From assembly GCF_001194135.2 (NCBI RefSeq), contig NC_068987.1, positions 8,248,345 to 8,312,058 on the forward strand: a DNA stretch of 63,714 bases, in the 5' to 3' direction. Under the pieces are notes generated by a model that did no database searches, was not told the DNA's origin, and saw only the letters and a list, made by a program, of their open reading frames with translations. This document shows positions 1 to 12,469 of the stretch, piece after piece. A program made the position numbers and the translations under genes. Each line of letters opens with the position of its first letter. The first letter of the stretch is position 1. This DNA comes from Octopus bimaculoides (taxonomy: Eukaryota).

Positions 1-59
1 GATGTTTTTAATCCAAGAACAAAGCCTGATCAAAAACAGTTTATGGAGTACTGTGATGT

Positions 60-465
60 CTATCATTTTATCTTTATTATTTGTTTGGCCATACTGGGGG
101 CACACTGCCTTGGTGGCTTTTAGCCAAACAGTTCAACCCATGTGAGAGTGTGTGATGTGATGTGAAGGTGCAGAAATGACAACTCTAACTCCATCTCTCT
201 TTCCCCCTCTCTCCGTCTCTGTCTCTCTCTCTTTATGGTCTCTTGTTGAACCACTAAATTACTAGAATGTAAACAAACCAACAACACTTGTTAAGCAGTG
301 GTGAGAAACAAATACCCCCCCCCACACACACACACACATGACAGGCTTCCAAACAGTTTCCGTCTACCAAATTCACTCCTCAGGGCTATAGTAGAAGATA
401 CTTAATAAGACTGAGCCCCTAACCATCCATTGGCTACAAAGTGAGCTTCTCAACCACATAACCAA
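60..465 (-). mobile_element. SINE family A, degenerate copy
   Basis: Contains family-A blocks in antisense order (aaacaaaccaac...gtttccgtctaccaaattcactc...tatagtagaagatac...aaccacataacc) matching other copies in this window, e.g. 25005-25400. Confidence 0.7.
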
Positions 466-1214
466 TCATTTGTCTTGTCTTATACCCCACTTGGATTTCT
501 GGAAAAAATTTTNNNNNNNNNNNNNNNNNNNNNNNNNNNNNNNNNNNNNNNNNNNNNNNNNNNNNNNNNNNNNNNNNNNNNNNNNNNNNNNNNNNNNNNN
601 NNNNNNNNNNNNNNNNNNNNNNNNNNNNNNNNNNNNNNNNNNNNNNNNNNNNNNNNNNNNNNNNNNNNNNNNNNNNNNNNNNNNNNNNNNNNNNNNNNNN
701 NNNNNNNNNNNNNNNNNNNNNNNNNNNNNNNNNNNNNNNNNNNNNNNNNNNNNNNNNNNNNNNNNNNNNNNNNNNNNNNNNNNNNNNNNNNNNNNNNNNN
801 NNNNNNNNNNNNNNNNNNNNNNNNNNNNNNNNNNNNNNNNNNNNNNNNNNNNNNNNNNNNNNNNNNNNNNNNNNNNNNNNNNNNNNNNNNNNNNNNNNNN
901 NNNNNNNNNNNNNNAGTTGTTGGTTGTTTATATTTCAGTAAAAAAATTGCATACGGGATGTAAAACTTGTATTTCTGGCTGTGATGTTTTACGTGAACAT
1001 CATTGGTCACTAGGGTGGTGCACTACTGCTATGATTTTGTTGTCATCCACTGACTGCAAATGGCTGATAGGTAAATGAAAGTTTGTAAACACAAACATTT
1101 CTCTTTATAAGAGAATTTTTCATTTAGATAATTTAAAAAAATGTTTCTTAACCATTTTGTTACTATACTTCTGTTGACATACACTGTCTTTGCTTCAATT
1201 TATTTTGAAAGAAA

Positions 1215-1510
1215 TGTGCTGGTGTCAGGTAAAAACCACTTGTGCTAGTACCACCTGAAAAGTGCCTGCATTGGTGTCGCGTAAAAAGTGTCTGTGCTTG
1301 TGCCACGTAAAATGCACCCATGCAGGTGTCATGTGAAAAGCTCTCAGTACACTCTGTAAAGTGGTTGGTGATAGGGAGAGCATCCAGCCATGGAAAAACC
1401 ATGCCATATCAGACAAATGGTACATAATGCAGTTCTCTGGCTGGCCAGCTCCTGACAAACCGTCCAACCCATACCAGCATGGAAAACAAATGTTAAATGA
1501 TGATGATGGC
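1215..1510 (+). mobile_element. SINE-like family C with (GAT)n tail
   Basis: 5' tandem subunits gtgctggtgcc.cgtaaaa.gcacc, then gtggttggtgatagggagagcatccagc, ...gtccaacccataccagcatggaaaac...ttaaatgatgatgatg. Same structure at 9302, 12470 and 36351. Confidence 0.8.
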
Positions 1511-2435
1511 AGAACTTGTGCTCATCTGGCTCTCTAGCCTACAACACTCAGTCTCCCATCTGTAATACAGCCACGTTAGATGCAGGGCAGTGTTTTGATA
1601 TGTTGAAAGATGGTCAAAAGTGTCTTATTTGTCATCAAATACGGTATTGTTTATCTGAGTTGTAGCAACGGTCAAAACCAGAGCTGTCTCAATTTTAAGC
1701 TGCAATTTCCCGATTATTCAGTCTGTATTTCCCAAAATAATAATGGTGGTTTTTATTTTTGATCATTTCATTAGGCTTTTTGGCCCAGGCTTACATTTAA
1801 TGTAGAGATGAGATGCTGCGATGCTCTTTGCATTTTACTTTAAAACCGAGTTGGTGGATCTAATAATAGATACTCACAGAATCCTAACCTTTACTGTCTG
1901 TAGCCTAACAACAATGTTAGACTTACAATGGTGATGTTGATGATGATGATGATAATAACTATGGCAGTAATTGTTTTAATGAAGCACAAGGAATTCTCCC
2001 CCCCCCCTCTCCTGCTTTTGTAAACAGGAAGGGGTTATAGTTGATTGATAGCTTCAATAAGACTGCTACCAGCATCATCTTGGTTGTAAAAATGAGAAAG
2101 CTAGTGGGAGCGGTGGTGGCGGCGGTGATGATGACAGTATATTTAATTTTATTTTATATTTTAATTGCATGTACTTCCCCCCCCCCACTCATTGTCAGTT
2201 GTTGGTCTCCTTTTAACTGTTCAACCTTATTGCAGAAGAGTACACACACTATCACTCAGATGGCCCCCCTCCCGCGACTCCTTCACACTGTTGGTGCATG
2301 CATGCATATATGTCTGTATGTGTATTTATTTATTTATGTATATATGTATGAATGAATGTGGTAATCGGAGAGCCATTGGGATTTCTTGTTATTTGCCTTC
2401 TTGGTGTCTTTTTCTGAAATGACAAATCTAATTCT

Positions 2436-2564
<129 letters not shown>

Positions 2565-2719
2565 CTGTTCCCAGTTTCACCAACTGTCAGCTTGGTGACA
2601 TATAGGCAAAGGGATGCTGAATAAGTTGAATGTGACATGATTCCTTCTTTTCCCCCATTCTGTCTCCTCTTTCTTCATTCACTAATTTTATTTAATTAAG
2701 TTAATTTCAATGTTTGTGA

Positions 2720-2752
<33 letters not shown>

Positions 2753-3300
2753 NNNNNNNNNNTGTGTGTGTGTGTGAATTACAACCTCATTTTTTCTCCT
2801 CTCCGTGATTTCTGGAAAGAAGGTTTCCTCCAGCCATTTGTGGTGGTAAACTTCTGTGTGTGTGTGTGAGACTGTTCTTGCCCTCAATCAATCTGAAAAT
2901 AAGTTACTGTATTTTTGCAGAGTATTTACCATTTGCAAAAACTACAACACACTTTACACACATGTGTGTGCCATGCACATATACATGTACCTATGTAACA
3001 CACACACACACACACACGCACACTTTGGCTGTCCATCAGATTTATGAAGACAATGATGAGAGATTGTTTAGAGTTTACTCTCTGGGCCTTCTGCATGTTA
3101 TTCAAGAACATGTTAATTCTGCAAGAGTTCTCTCAACGAGCCATTCTTGGGCATATTTTGCTTATGAATCCTAGGGTATCAGCTGCATCGTAATACTTGT
3201 CATCATCATCATCATCATCATGTGTTCCATTTTCCATGTTGGCAAGAGTTGAATGGTTTGAAAGCAACGGGAGAGAGCCAGAGGAGGGTGCCAAGCTTAA

Positions 3301-3523
3301 CCCTTTCGTTACTGTATTTATTTTGAGATGCTCTGTGTTTCTTTCAATTAATTTTGAATATAGCAAAAAATTTAGTAAAATAACTTAGTCATCATTAAGC
3401 TAGTCTTAGGAACATTAATTTGTGACTAAGGTTTGGTGGAAGATTTTAATTGAGAACTTTTTGAAAACAAAGCATTTGTACTACAGAGCCAGGGGTGGTT
3501 TCAGAGGGTTGGTATCGGAAAGG
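3301..3523 (+). mobile_element. piggyBac-type MITE, family P1
   Basis: TTAA at 3297-3300 and 3524-3527 flank CCCTTTCG...GGAAAGG termini. A second copy lies in opposite orientation at 61907-62127. TTAA TSD with CCC termini is the piggyBac signature. Confidence 0.8.
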
Positions 3524-3529
3524 TTAAGT

Positions 3530-3790
3530 GTCTGCTTTGGCATGGTTTCATATGGCTGGATGCCCTTTCTAATGCCAGTCACTTTAGAGTGTGCCAGATG
3601 CTTTTAATGTGGCACCAGCACCAGTAAGGTCACCAAGTATCTTGCAAGACAAAGACCCTGTCAACTGAGGCAGGATATGTAGTATTGAGGGAAGTTTCTT
3701 TATGCCAATTAATGAGAGATTAAAGATAGAGAAAGGTCCCCCAGAAATGATATTATTGGACACAGTTACCTGAACACTGGCAGTCTGGAA
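3530..3790 (-). mobile_element. SINE-like family C fragment
   Basis: ggctggatgccctttctaatgcc...gtgccagatgcttttaatgtggcaccagcacc is the antisense family-C core. Confidence 0.6.
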
Positions 3791-4450
3791 TAGCAAACAA
3801 TTCACTGGCTACAAAAGCCCAACCTAAGTGAACACTTGAGTTGGGCTGGCTTATCAAGTTGGTAGAATCAAGCAGTGTCCCCATGAGAAAAGTCTGAATC
3901 GGAAAGATTCCATGTGCGTGCAGGTATCTTTAGTCAATGAACAATGGTATCTTCAGATTAAAAACAGGACTCTACTTTTCAGGACAGAGTTTGTAATGTT
4001 AGCTTGATGTGTGTGTGTGTGTGTATGTACACATATGTATGCGTATATGTATATGTAACAATTTCTGTATGGAAGACACACATTAACCATTCAAAAACAC
4101 ACACGCACACACACAAAATGACTTAACTTCACTTGAAATTTATAATTATTTGGTGTTAAAATTTTTGTTGCATCCATCATGACCTGATCGCTGACACGGT
4201 TCCACTGCAACAGACAGACTTGAGGCAGACTTTGGAACAGAGAGAGAGAGCAGGTCATTGATGATGTTGCTAATGCTGATGAAAAGTCTTTGACAAACCA
4301 TAGCTGATTGATCGATTGACTGAACGATTAATCAAACAATCAATTAATTGATTAAATGGTTTTAACCAATTGACTAATTTTAATTAAAAAGTGAAATAGA
4401 AGCAGTGCAAGATGACTCTCCCGAGATACAGATCATCATCATAACCACAA

Positions 4451-4795
4451 GTGCTTACCAACCACATGGTTCCAGGTTCAGTTCCACTGCATGACACCTT
4501 GGGCTACTATAGCCTCAGGCTGACCAAAGCATTGTGATAGGATTTGGTAGACAGAAACTGAAAGAAGCTCGTTGTGTGTGTGTGTGTGTGTGTGTGTGTT
4601 TGTCCTCCCACCATTGCTTGATAACTGATGTTGGTATGTTTACGTCCCCCGTAACTTAGCAGTTCGGCAAGGGAGGCTGATAGAATAAGTACTAGGCTTA
4701 CAAAGAATTAGTCCTGGGGGTCGATTTGTTCAATTAAAGGCGGTGCTCCAGCATGGCCGCAGACACATGACTGAAACAAGCAAAAGACTGAAATA
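4451..4795 (+). mobile_element. SINE family A (tRNA-derived head, CORE-like segment, internal (TG)n), near full length
   Basis: B-box-like ggttcagttcc, ccttgggc.., ggatttggtagacagaaactgaaagaagc, internal (TG)n, 3' end gactgaaacaagcaaaaga. Confidence 0.88.
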
Positions 4796-7609
4796 ATCTC
4801 TCTGGCCCCTAATCACTTTATCTTTAATATTATTTACCTGTGATTTCTCATCCCTGGCTTATCACCCCTAATGTCTATGCACTTTCTCTCTCTACACCAA
4901 TTATATTCTTCAACACACACACACACACACACACACACCTTGTACTTATTTATCTTCATGGTAAGCCCCAACCCCCACCACACACTACATACCCCCACAC
5001 TTCCTTTTGTGATTCTGACCATTCCAATTTTCACTGGCACCCCCCTCCCCCCATCCAACTAATTGTCAGTTTACCTTTTATTTCCACTTCCTCTTTTGTT
5101 GTTGTTGTTGTTGTTGCCTTTATTTCCTTCTCTTTCCTCTTCCCTTCCTTCAAACCTCTAATCTCCTCCCCTTCCTCTTCCTCCTCTTTAATTCTTTGTT
5201 TTGTTTCTGTTTTTTTTTTTATGCAGACTCCCATTCAGTTCTGTCTGCCTCATTCTTAAATCTGTGACTTACATATTCTCTGTATCCCNNNNNNNNNNNN
5301 NNNNNNNNNNNNNNNNNNNNNNNNNNNNNNNNNNNNNNNNNNNNNNNNNNNNNNNNNNNNNNNNNNNNNNNNNNNNNNNNNNNNNNNNNNNNNNNNNNNN
5401 NNNNNNNNNNNNNNNNNNNNNNNNNNNNNNNNNNNNNNNNNNNNNNNNNNNNNNNNNNNGAGAGAGAGAGAGAGTGCGTGTGTATGTGGGAGAGTGTGTA
5501 TGTATGTGTGTGAGAGAGAGAGAGAGAGAGATAGAGGAGTGGAGAAGCTGGCATCTTCTTTCAGTGATAGATTGTTTATCACCTTCCTGCATGGGAGGCA
5601 CACTGGCTGCATAGCATGTTGCTGTTGCCCTTCCCTCCCCCATCTCTCTCTCTCCCTTCCCTCGCCCCATCCCACCCGCTGTGCTCTACCATTATTTTAC
5701 TCACTACATATCCACACACACACACACAGCACTAGATAGATACACAAAGCACCAGTTACCTACCTAAGATAATGATGAGAGGGCCATCCACTTCAAATAG
5801 GACATGTTATTTTTTTTACAGAGGTGAGGGGGTGGCCCTTCCCTCTGCTGGTTTAAGGGAGAGAAGGGGACAGGTTATTTATATATGGACACCTGGTTCT
5901 TCTTCCCCATATTGTAGCAGCCACAGTAGTGATGGAGGTGGTGGTGGTAGTGTGTATAACAAAGTTGAATGAGCTAAAGGTTATTAAAAACCTTCATGTC
6001 CCTTCAGAAGGGGCTCTTCTTGTTCCCCTGCCTGATCTCTTTTAACAATAGTCCACCTTTACCCCCTCCCCCCCACATCATCTAAAATCATCTAAGCAAC
6101 TCAATTAATACTCCCCTCCACACCTCATCTCATCATTACCTGGTCCTTCGTTTCACTCAAACTCACCCACCCACCCAATGCTTTGCTTCTTCTCTGTTTT
6201 ATATTGTTTTTTTTATATCTCCCCCCCCCGCTACTCCACCCCCTCCCAGGTTCTCTTTGACTTCCTCTTTTTCTTCNNNNNNNNNNNNNNNNNNNNNNNN
6301 NNNNNNNNNNNNNNNNNNNNNNNNNNNNNNNNNNNNNNNNNNNNNNNNNNNNNNNNNNNNNNNNNNNNNNNNNNNNNNNNNNNNNNNNNNNNNNNNNNNN
6401 NNNNNNNNNNNNNNNNNNNNNNNNNNNNNNNNNNNNNNNNNNNNNNNNNNNNNNNNNNNNNNNNNNNNNNNNNNNNNNNNNNNNNNNNNNNNNNNNNNNN
6501 NNNNNNNNNNNNNNNNNNNNNNNNNNNNNNNNNNNNNNNNNNNNNNNNNNNNNNNNNNNNNNNNNNNNNNNNNNNNNNNNNNNNNNNNNNNNNNNNNNNN
6601 NNNNNNNNNNNNNNNNNNNNNNNNNNNNNNNNNNNNNNNNNNNNNNNNNNNNNNNNNNNNNNNNNNNNNNNNNNNNNNNNNNNNNNNNNNNNNNNNNNNN
6701 NNNNNNNNNNNNNNNNNNNNNNNNNNNNNNNNNNNNNNNNNNNNNNNNNNNNNNNNNNNNNNNNNNNNNNNNNNNNNNNNNNNNNNNNNNNNNNNNNNNN
6801 NNNNNNNNNNNNNNNNNNNNNNNNNNNNNNNNNNNNNNNNNNNNNNNNNNNNNNNNNNNNNNNNNNNNNNNNNNNNNNNNNNNNNNNNNNNNNNNNNNNN
6901 NGGTATTGATAGCTTGGTCTGTTGGTGGTAGTGGTGTGTGTTTGTTGCTGGTGGTGGTGGGGATTGTGGTGTCCATTGGTAGCAGGGGGGGATGTTTGTG
7001 ATGGTTGGGTGGTGAAAATATTGATGGTTATGATGAACGTTTGATGGTATGGATGGATGGCTGGATCAGTGGTGAGAATGTTAATGGTTGTGTTGGTGGT
7101 GGTGTTCATGGTAAGGTTTGCAGTGTTGTTGTTGCGGTAGTAACCTTGGTGGTTGTGATGGGGGGTGTATAATGTTGATGATGGTGGATGTTAGATGATA
7201 GATAGAATTGATAGTGGGGGGTGATGGCCATGATGGAATGTGGGTGGTGGGTTATGGTGTTGCTGTAGTTGAGGTTGTTGTTGTTAGTGGTGGTGGTCCA
7301 TGCACAAGTTTCTTAAGCATATCCTTCTTTCTTGATTATCTACCTATCCTTTATTTACCTTTCCTGTTTCCAGTTGTGTTTGTGTGTGTGTGTATACCTG
7401 CATGCAAGCGAATGTATTGATGATGATGATGATATTGTAATTTAAGCTGAAGAAATATTAAAGCATCTTTAGAAAATGGATGAAAATGTAATTGAATAAA
7501 TACTGTACATACTGATTAAATAGATAATATAATGGTCAAAAAAATTCTTTTAAGCATTTATTTGGAACTTGAAAGAAATAGATTTAATACTTGGGGTTGA
7601 TGGATAGAA

Positions 7610-7657
7610 AGATAAGAATAGACAGACACAAGTAGATAGAGAGATAAATAGACAGAC

Positions 7658-7699
<42 letters not shown>

Positions 7700-7900
7700 A
7701 CAGACAGATAGATAGATAGATAAACAGACAGATAGATAGATAGATAAACAGACAGACAGATAGATAGATAGATAGATAGATAGACAGATAGATAATTACA
7801 TAGATGGACAGATAGATAGATAGATAGATAGATGGACAAATAGACAGACAGACAGATAAACAGACCGATAGATGAATAGATAGATAGATAGATAGATAGG
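7610..7900. repeat. (GATA)n/(GACA)n compound microsatellite
   Basis: About 290 bp of GATA/GACA units, directly visible. Confidence 0.97.
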
Positions 7901-8054
7901 CAGGCAAAGACATACATACATGAATGTATGCATCCATCCATATGTACACACATGCATCCAATGAACCATTCATGTAGAGATGAATATAAATAAATATACA
8001 GATGAGGAGAAAGATATATGCATAGTTAGGGAATAACGTATATTTATATACGTA

Positions 8055-8402
8055 TAGGGTAAGGGTGAAAACCCCGCTTCAGTCACAAATGACCATGGGA
8101 TTGCACTTAGAAAGTTCCTCTTTCAAGGCACAAGTCCAGGCAAGGTTGTTTATAGAAGACTAGCAGTCACCAATACCCATGCATACCAGCCTCCCCTCTC
8201 CATGCCACTGATGCTATCCAAGAGAAAGGCAAAAGTCCGATACAGCTTGGCACCTGTGACGTCACAACTCATTTCTACAGGTGAGTGAACTGGAGCAATG
8301 TGAAATAAAGTGTCTTGCTCAAGAACACAAAACATAGCCTGGTCCAGGAATCGAACTCACTACCTCATGATTGTGAACCTGACACTCTAACCACTGAGCC
8401 TT
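8055..8402 (-). mobile_element. CORE-type SINE, family E
   Basis: Minus strand reads ggctcagtggttagagtg (A box), gagttcgattcc (B box), gttcttgagcaagacactt...ccagttcactcacctgtagaaatg (MIR/CORE-like), then a distinct tail ending ttttcacccttaccct. Confidence 0.82.
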
Positions 8403-9301
8403 GTGTGTGTATTGTGTAAGTAAACAGATGCATAAATTAGTACAAACTGATGACTGNNNNNNNNNNNNNNNNNNNNNNNNNNNNNNNNNNNNNNNNNNNN
8501 NNNNNNNNNNNNNNNNNNNNNNNNNNNNNNNNNNNNNNNNNNNNNNNNNNNNNNNNNNNNNNNNNNNNNNNNNNNNNNNNNNNNNNNNNNNNNNNNNNNN
8601 NNNNNNNNNNNNNNNNNNNNNNNNNNNNNNNNNNNNNNNNNNNNNNNNNNNNNNNNNNNNNNNNNNNNNNNNNNNNNNNNNNNNNNNNNNNNNNNNNNNN
8701 NNNNNNNNNNNNNNNNNNNNNNNNNNNNNNNNNNNNNNNNNNNNNNNNNNNNNNNNNNNNNNNNNNNNNNNNNNNNNNNNNNNNNNNNNNNNNNNNNNNN
8801 NNNNNNNNNNNNNNNNNNNNNNNNNNNNNNNNNNNNNNNNNNNNNNNNNNNNNNNNNNNNNNNNNNNNNNNNNNNNNNNNNNNNNNNNNNNNNNNNNNNN
8901 NNNNNNNNNNNNNNNNNNNNNNNNNNNNNNNNNNNNNNNNNNNNNNNNNNNNNNNNNNNNNNNNNNNNNNNNNNNNNNNNNNNNNNNNNNNNNNNNNNNN
9001 NNNNNNNNNNNNNNNNNNNNNNNNNNNNNNNNNNNNNNNNNNNNNNNNNNNNNNNNNNNNNNNNNNNNNNNNNNNNNNNNNNNNNNNNNNNNNNNNNNNN
9101 NNNNNNNNNNNNNNNNNNNNNNNNNNNNNNNNNNNNNNNNNNNNNNNNNNNNNNNNNNNNNNNNNNNNNNNNNNNNGGATTTTAAAACTTGATACTCGTT
9201 CTCTCTCTGTCTCCTCTGTCGGACCGAGAAGCTACAGGGATGCAAACAAACCAATACTGGTTGTGAAACAGTGGTAGGGGACAAACACACACACACACAC
9301 A

Positions 9302-9555
9302 CATCATCATCATCATCAATTTTTAACGTCCGCTTTCCATGTTGGCATGGGTTGGACAGTTTGACTGAGGACTGTCAAGCCAGAAGGCTGCACCAGGCTC
9401 CAATCTGATCTGGCAGAGTTTCTACAGCTGGATGCTCTTCCTAACACCAACCACTCCAAGAGTGTAGTGGATGCTTTTACATGCCACCAGCACAGGGGCC
9501 AGTCAGGCGGCACTGGCATTGACCATGCTCGAATGGTACTTTTTACGTGCCAGGA
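9302..9555 (-). mobile_element. SINE-like family C
   Basis: catcatcatc..ttaacgtccgctttccatgttggcatgggttggacag...ggatgctcttcctaacaccaaccactcc; the (GAT)n tail is on the minus strand. Confidence 0.88.
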
Positions 9556-10370
9556 TTTTATGCAATTATTGACTTAATGATCCACCTCATGACCCACAAA
9601 GGCTAAAGCTGCTAATCTGGCCATCTTCAGAAACATCCTGATAAAGCTTGACCCATTCAAGCCGGTCGTCCGTTTAAACTGACCCTTAATCTATAAGGGT
9701 ATAAAACAAATACTTGATACAAATTGTAATTTGTGTATGATCTGTATCAAAGAATGAAACATGTCCTTAACGCGTATGCAGTCTGCATCAAACGGATTTC
9801 AATGAAATTTTTTTTCAGTTGTTATTTGGGTCAAAATAATAGTTTCTGTGAATTTTCAGGCAATTTCATTCACNNNNNNNNNNNNNNNNNNNNNNNNNNN
9901 NNNNNNNNNNNNNNNNNNNNNNNNNNNNNNNNNNNNNNNNNNNNNNNNNNNNNNNNNNNNNNNNNNNNNNNNNNNNNNNNNNNNNNNNNNNNNNNNNNNN
10001 NNNNNNNNNNNNNNNNNNNNNNNNNNNNNNNNNNNNNNNNNNNNNNNNNNNNNNNNNNNNNNNNNNNNNNNNNNNNNNNNNNNNNNNNNNNNNNNNNNNN
10101 NNNNNNNNNNNNNNNNNNNNNNNNNNNNNNNNNNNNNNNNNNNNNNNNNNNNNNNNNNNNNNNNNNNNNNNNNNNNNNNNNNNNNNNNNNNNNNNNNNNN
10201 NNNNNNNNNNNNNNNNNNNNNNNNNNNNNNNNNNNNNNNNNNNNNNNNNNNNNNNNNNNNNNNNNNNNNNNNNNNNNNNNNNNNNNNNNNNNNNNNNNNN
10301 NNNNNNNNNNNNNNNNNNNNNNNNNNNNNNNNNNNNNNNNNNNNNNNNNNNNNNNNNNNNNNNNNNNNNN

Positions 10371-10530
10371 CTCACCACCACCCTGCCTTTGACTCTCTCT
10401 CTCTCTCACCACCACCCTGCCTTTGACTCTCTCTCTCTCTCACCACCACCCTGCCTTTGACTCTCTCTCTCTCTCTCACCACCACCACCACCACCCTGCC
10501 TTTGACTCTCTCTCTCTCTCACCACCACCT
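10371..10530. repeat. Minisatellite, ~32-bp unit (caccaccaccctgcctttgactctctctctct)
   Basis: Four visible copies abut a ~500-N gap that may hide more. Confidence 0.92.
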
Positions 10531-11124
10531 TACATTATTACCCTGAATATAAACTATAAGCTCTGTAATTTTCCTTCTTTGATGCATAATTTTTGCTTTT
10601 GTATGCAATAAATAATAGTAGTGATTAGGTAGTTACCATGCATAATGCCGTCCAGTACAGCCTGATTTGCTGAGTTAGTAGTTGCCTATTACAAACACAC
10701 ACTACATTATTAGCACATTCTCTGAATTTACTCTCTGCTTCATTTATTTTATACCCTCGTATCAAACGGTCTTTATTCATGGCATTTGTTCAGACAGCTG
10801 TTTTCTCTCCATCATAGTAGCGTACTTGTTAATCTAACCGTTCCCTTTTTCTTCTCTAACGCTGATTCCAAAGTCGATAGTATAATCGTAGTCTGATCAG
10901 ATAGCAGCTCACCCTTGAAGATTCTGGAATGTTTCAATTTATAATCCTTCCACCCCTTAAATTATTGGGTGGGTGGGTGTTGGGTCATCGAAAGATTTGA
11001 AGGCAGGATGATAATCTATTTATTAAGGCAAATAGGATCTTTGTAGAACAGAAACAGTAAGGTGTTTGGTGTGATTTGGGACCGTTTGAAGTGCTGAGCT
11101 TCAGGGATTGATTAAGAAGGCATG

Positions 11125-11845
11125 GCTGGGCAACTTTGTGGTTTTGGGTTCAGTCCCACTGTGTGACACCTCACGGCAAGTATCTTCTAGTATATCCCTG
11201 GGTAAACCAATGCCTTGTGAGTATTTATGGTAGATGGAAACTATCTGGAAGTCTACTGTGTATGTATGTATGTATGTATGTATGTGTGTGTGTGTGTGTG
11301 TTTATGTCTCTCACCTCTACTTAAGTCTGGCACTTATTCTGTCAGTCTTGTTTGCTGTACTGCGAAGTTACAAGAATGTAGACAAACCAACAGCTGTTGT
11401 CAAGCAATGGGAGAAACAAAGACACACACACACCACCCACACCACACTACACACACCACACAGCTTACCACATCACACACCGCACACACACACATGATCA
11501 ACTTCTACATAGTTTCCATCTTCCAAATTCACTCAGAATTACAGAAAACACTTGCCCAAGGACTGAACCCAGAAGCACATGGTTACCAAGTGAGCTTCTT
11601 AACCACCCAGCCATGCCTTCCCTGTATATTGAGAAAAATATTTGTTTTTTTATGTCCTTGTTTTGCCTGATTTCTTTTATGTGAAACGATGCATTGATAA
11701 GAGATGTAGCTGCATCCTGGGAGGATCATTTTACTCTTTTACTTGTTCAGGCCACAGCAGAAGACACTTGCTCAAGGTGCCACGCAGCGGGACTGAACCC
11801 GGAACCATGTGGTTGGTAAGCAAGCTACTTACCACACAGCCACTC
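11125..11845. mobile_element. Cluster of family-A SINE pieces in both orientations
   Basis: Plus-strand 5' part at 11125-11275, minus copy at 11315-11615, well-preserved minus head at 11757-11845 (gggactgaacccggaaccatgtggttggtaagcaagctacttaccacacagccac). Confidence 0.8.
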
Positions 11846-12204
11846 CTGCACCTATCATCATTTTGTCAATAAAAACACATACACTGCTTCTATTCTCCTT
11901 CTTTTTTCTTCTTATCATTTTTATCATCATCACACAATTGGTTAACTAATTAATCAGTTAACTTAGCATGACCAATAGTTTGATTGATTAATCAATCACT
12001 TGTTTTATTATAGTCCTTTTATCATCGTTATCAAAATTTGCAATCTCATCAATGACATGCTCTCATCAGCTCCAGATATCTGTTGCTATGCTCCCTCACT
12101 GAGTACAGTATCTTATTATTGTACTTATTGATTTTGGAATGTGTGTGTGTGTTTTGCTTATTTGCATTTAAATAATGGTAGTTTTAATATTTCAAAAAAA
12201 TATT

Positions 12205-12420
12205 TGGCGCTGAACTGGCAGAACCATTAGCATGCCAGTCAAAATGTTCAGTGGTATTTCGTTTGTTTTTATGTTCTGGGTTCAAATTCTACCAAGGTCG
12301 ATACTGCTTTTTATTATTTCAAGGTCGATAAATTAAGTACAGTTGAGCACTGGGGTTGATGTAATTGCCTTATCCTCTCCCCCAAAATTGCTGGCCTTGT
12401 GCTAGAATTTGAAATCAGTA
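12205..12420 (+). mobile_element. SINE family B (tRNA-like head, Meta-domain-like centre)
   Basis: gaactggcagaaccattagc...gggttcaaattc...aaggtcgataaattaagtac...ggggttgatgtaattg. The GCCTTTCATCC..GGTCGATAAA..AAGTACC centre resembles the Meta/Sauria-type domain (recalled, not aligned). Confidence 0.8.
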
Positions 12421-12469
12421 TTTCAAAAAATTTTCTGTTTCTTCAATTTTCAAGCATTTTGTTGGTGTC

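Noticed and set aside
3040-3175. Possible plus-strand exon (FMKTMMRDCLEFTLWAFCMLFKNMLILQEFSQRAILGHILLMNPR)
   Set aside because: Weak donor (gtatca), two open frames and no recognised homology. Unresolved without RNA data.
3133-3366. Protein-looking minus ORF with an Asp run (…ENGTHDDDDDDDKYYD…)
   Set aside because: Built from a family-C (GAT)n tail plus the end of a P1 MITE.
10967-10984. G-quadruplex motif GGGTGGGTGGGTGTTGGG
   Set aside because: Real motif, but a short (GGGT)n microsatellite with no supporting context.
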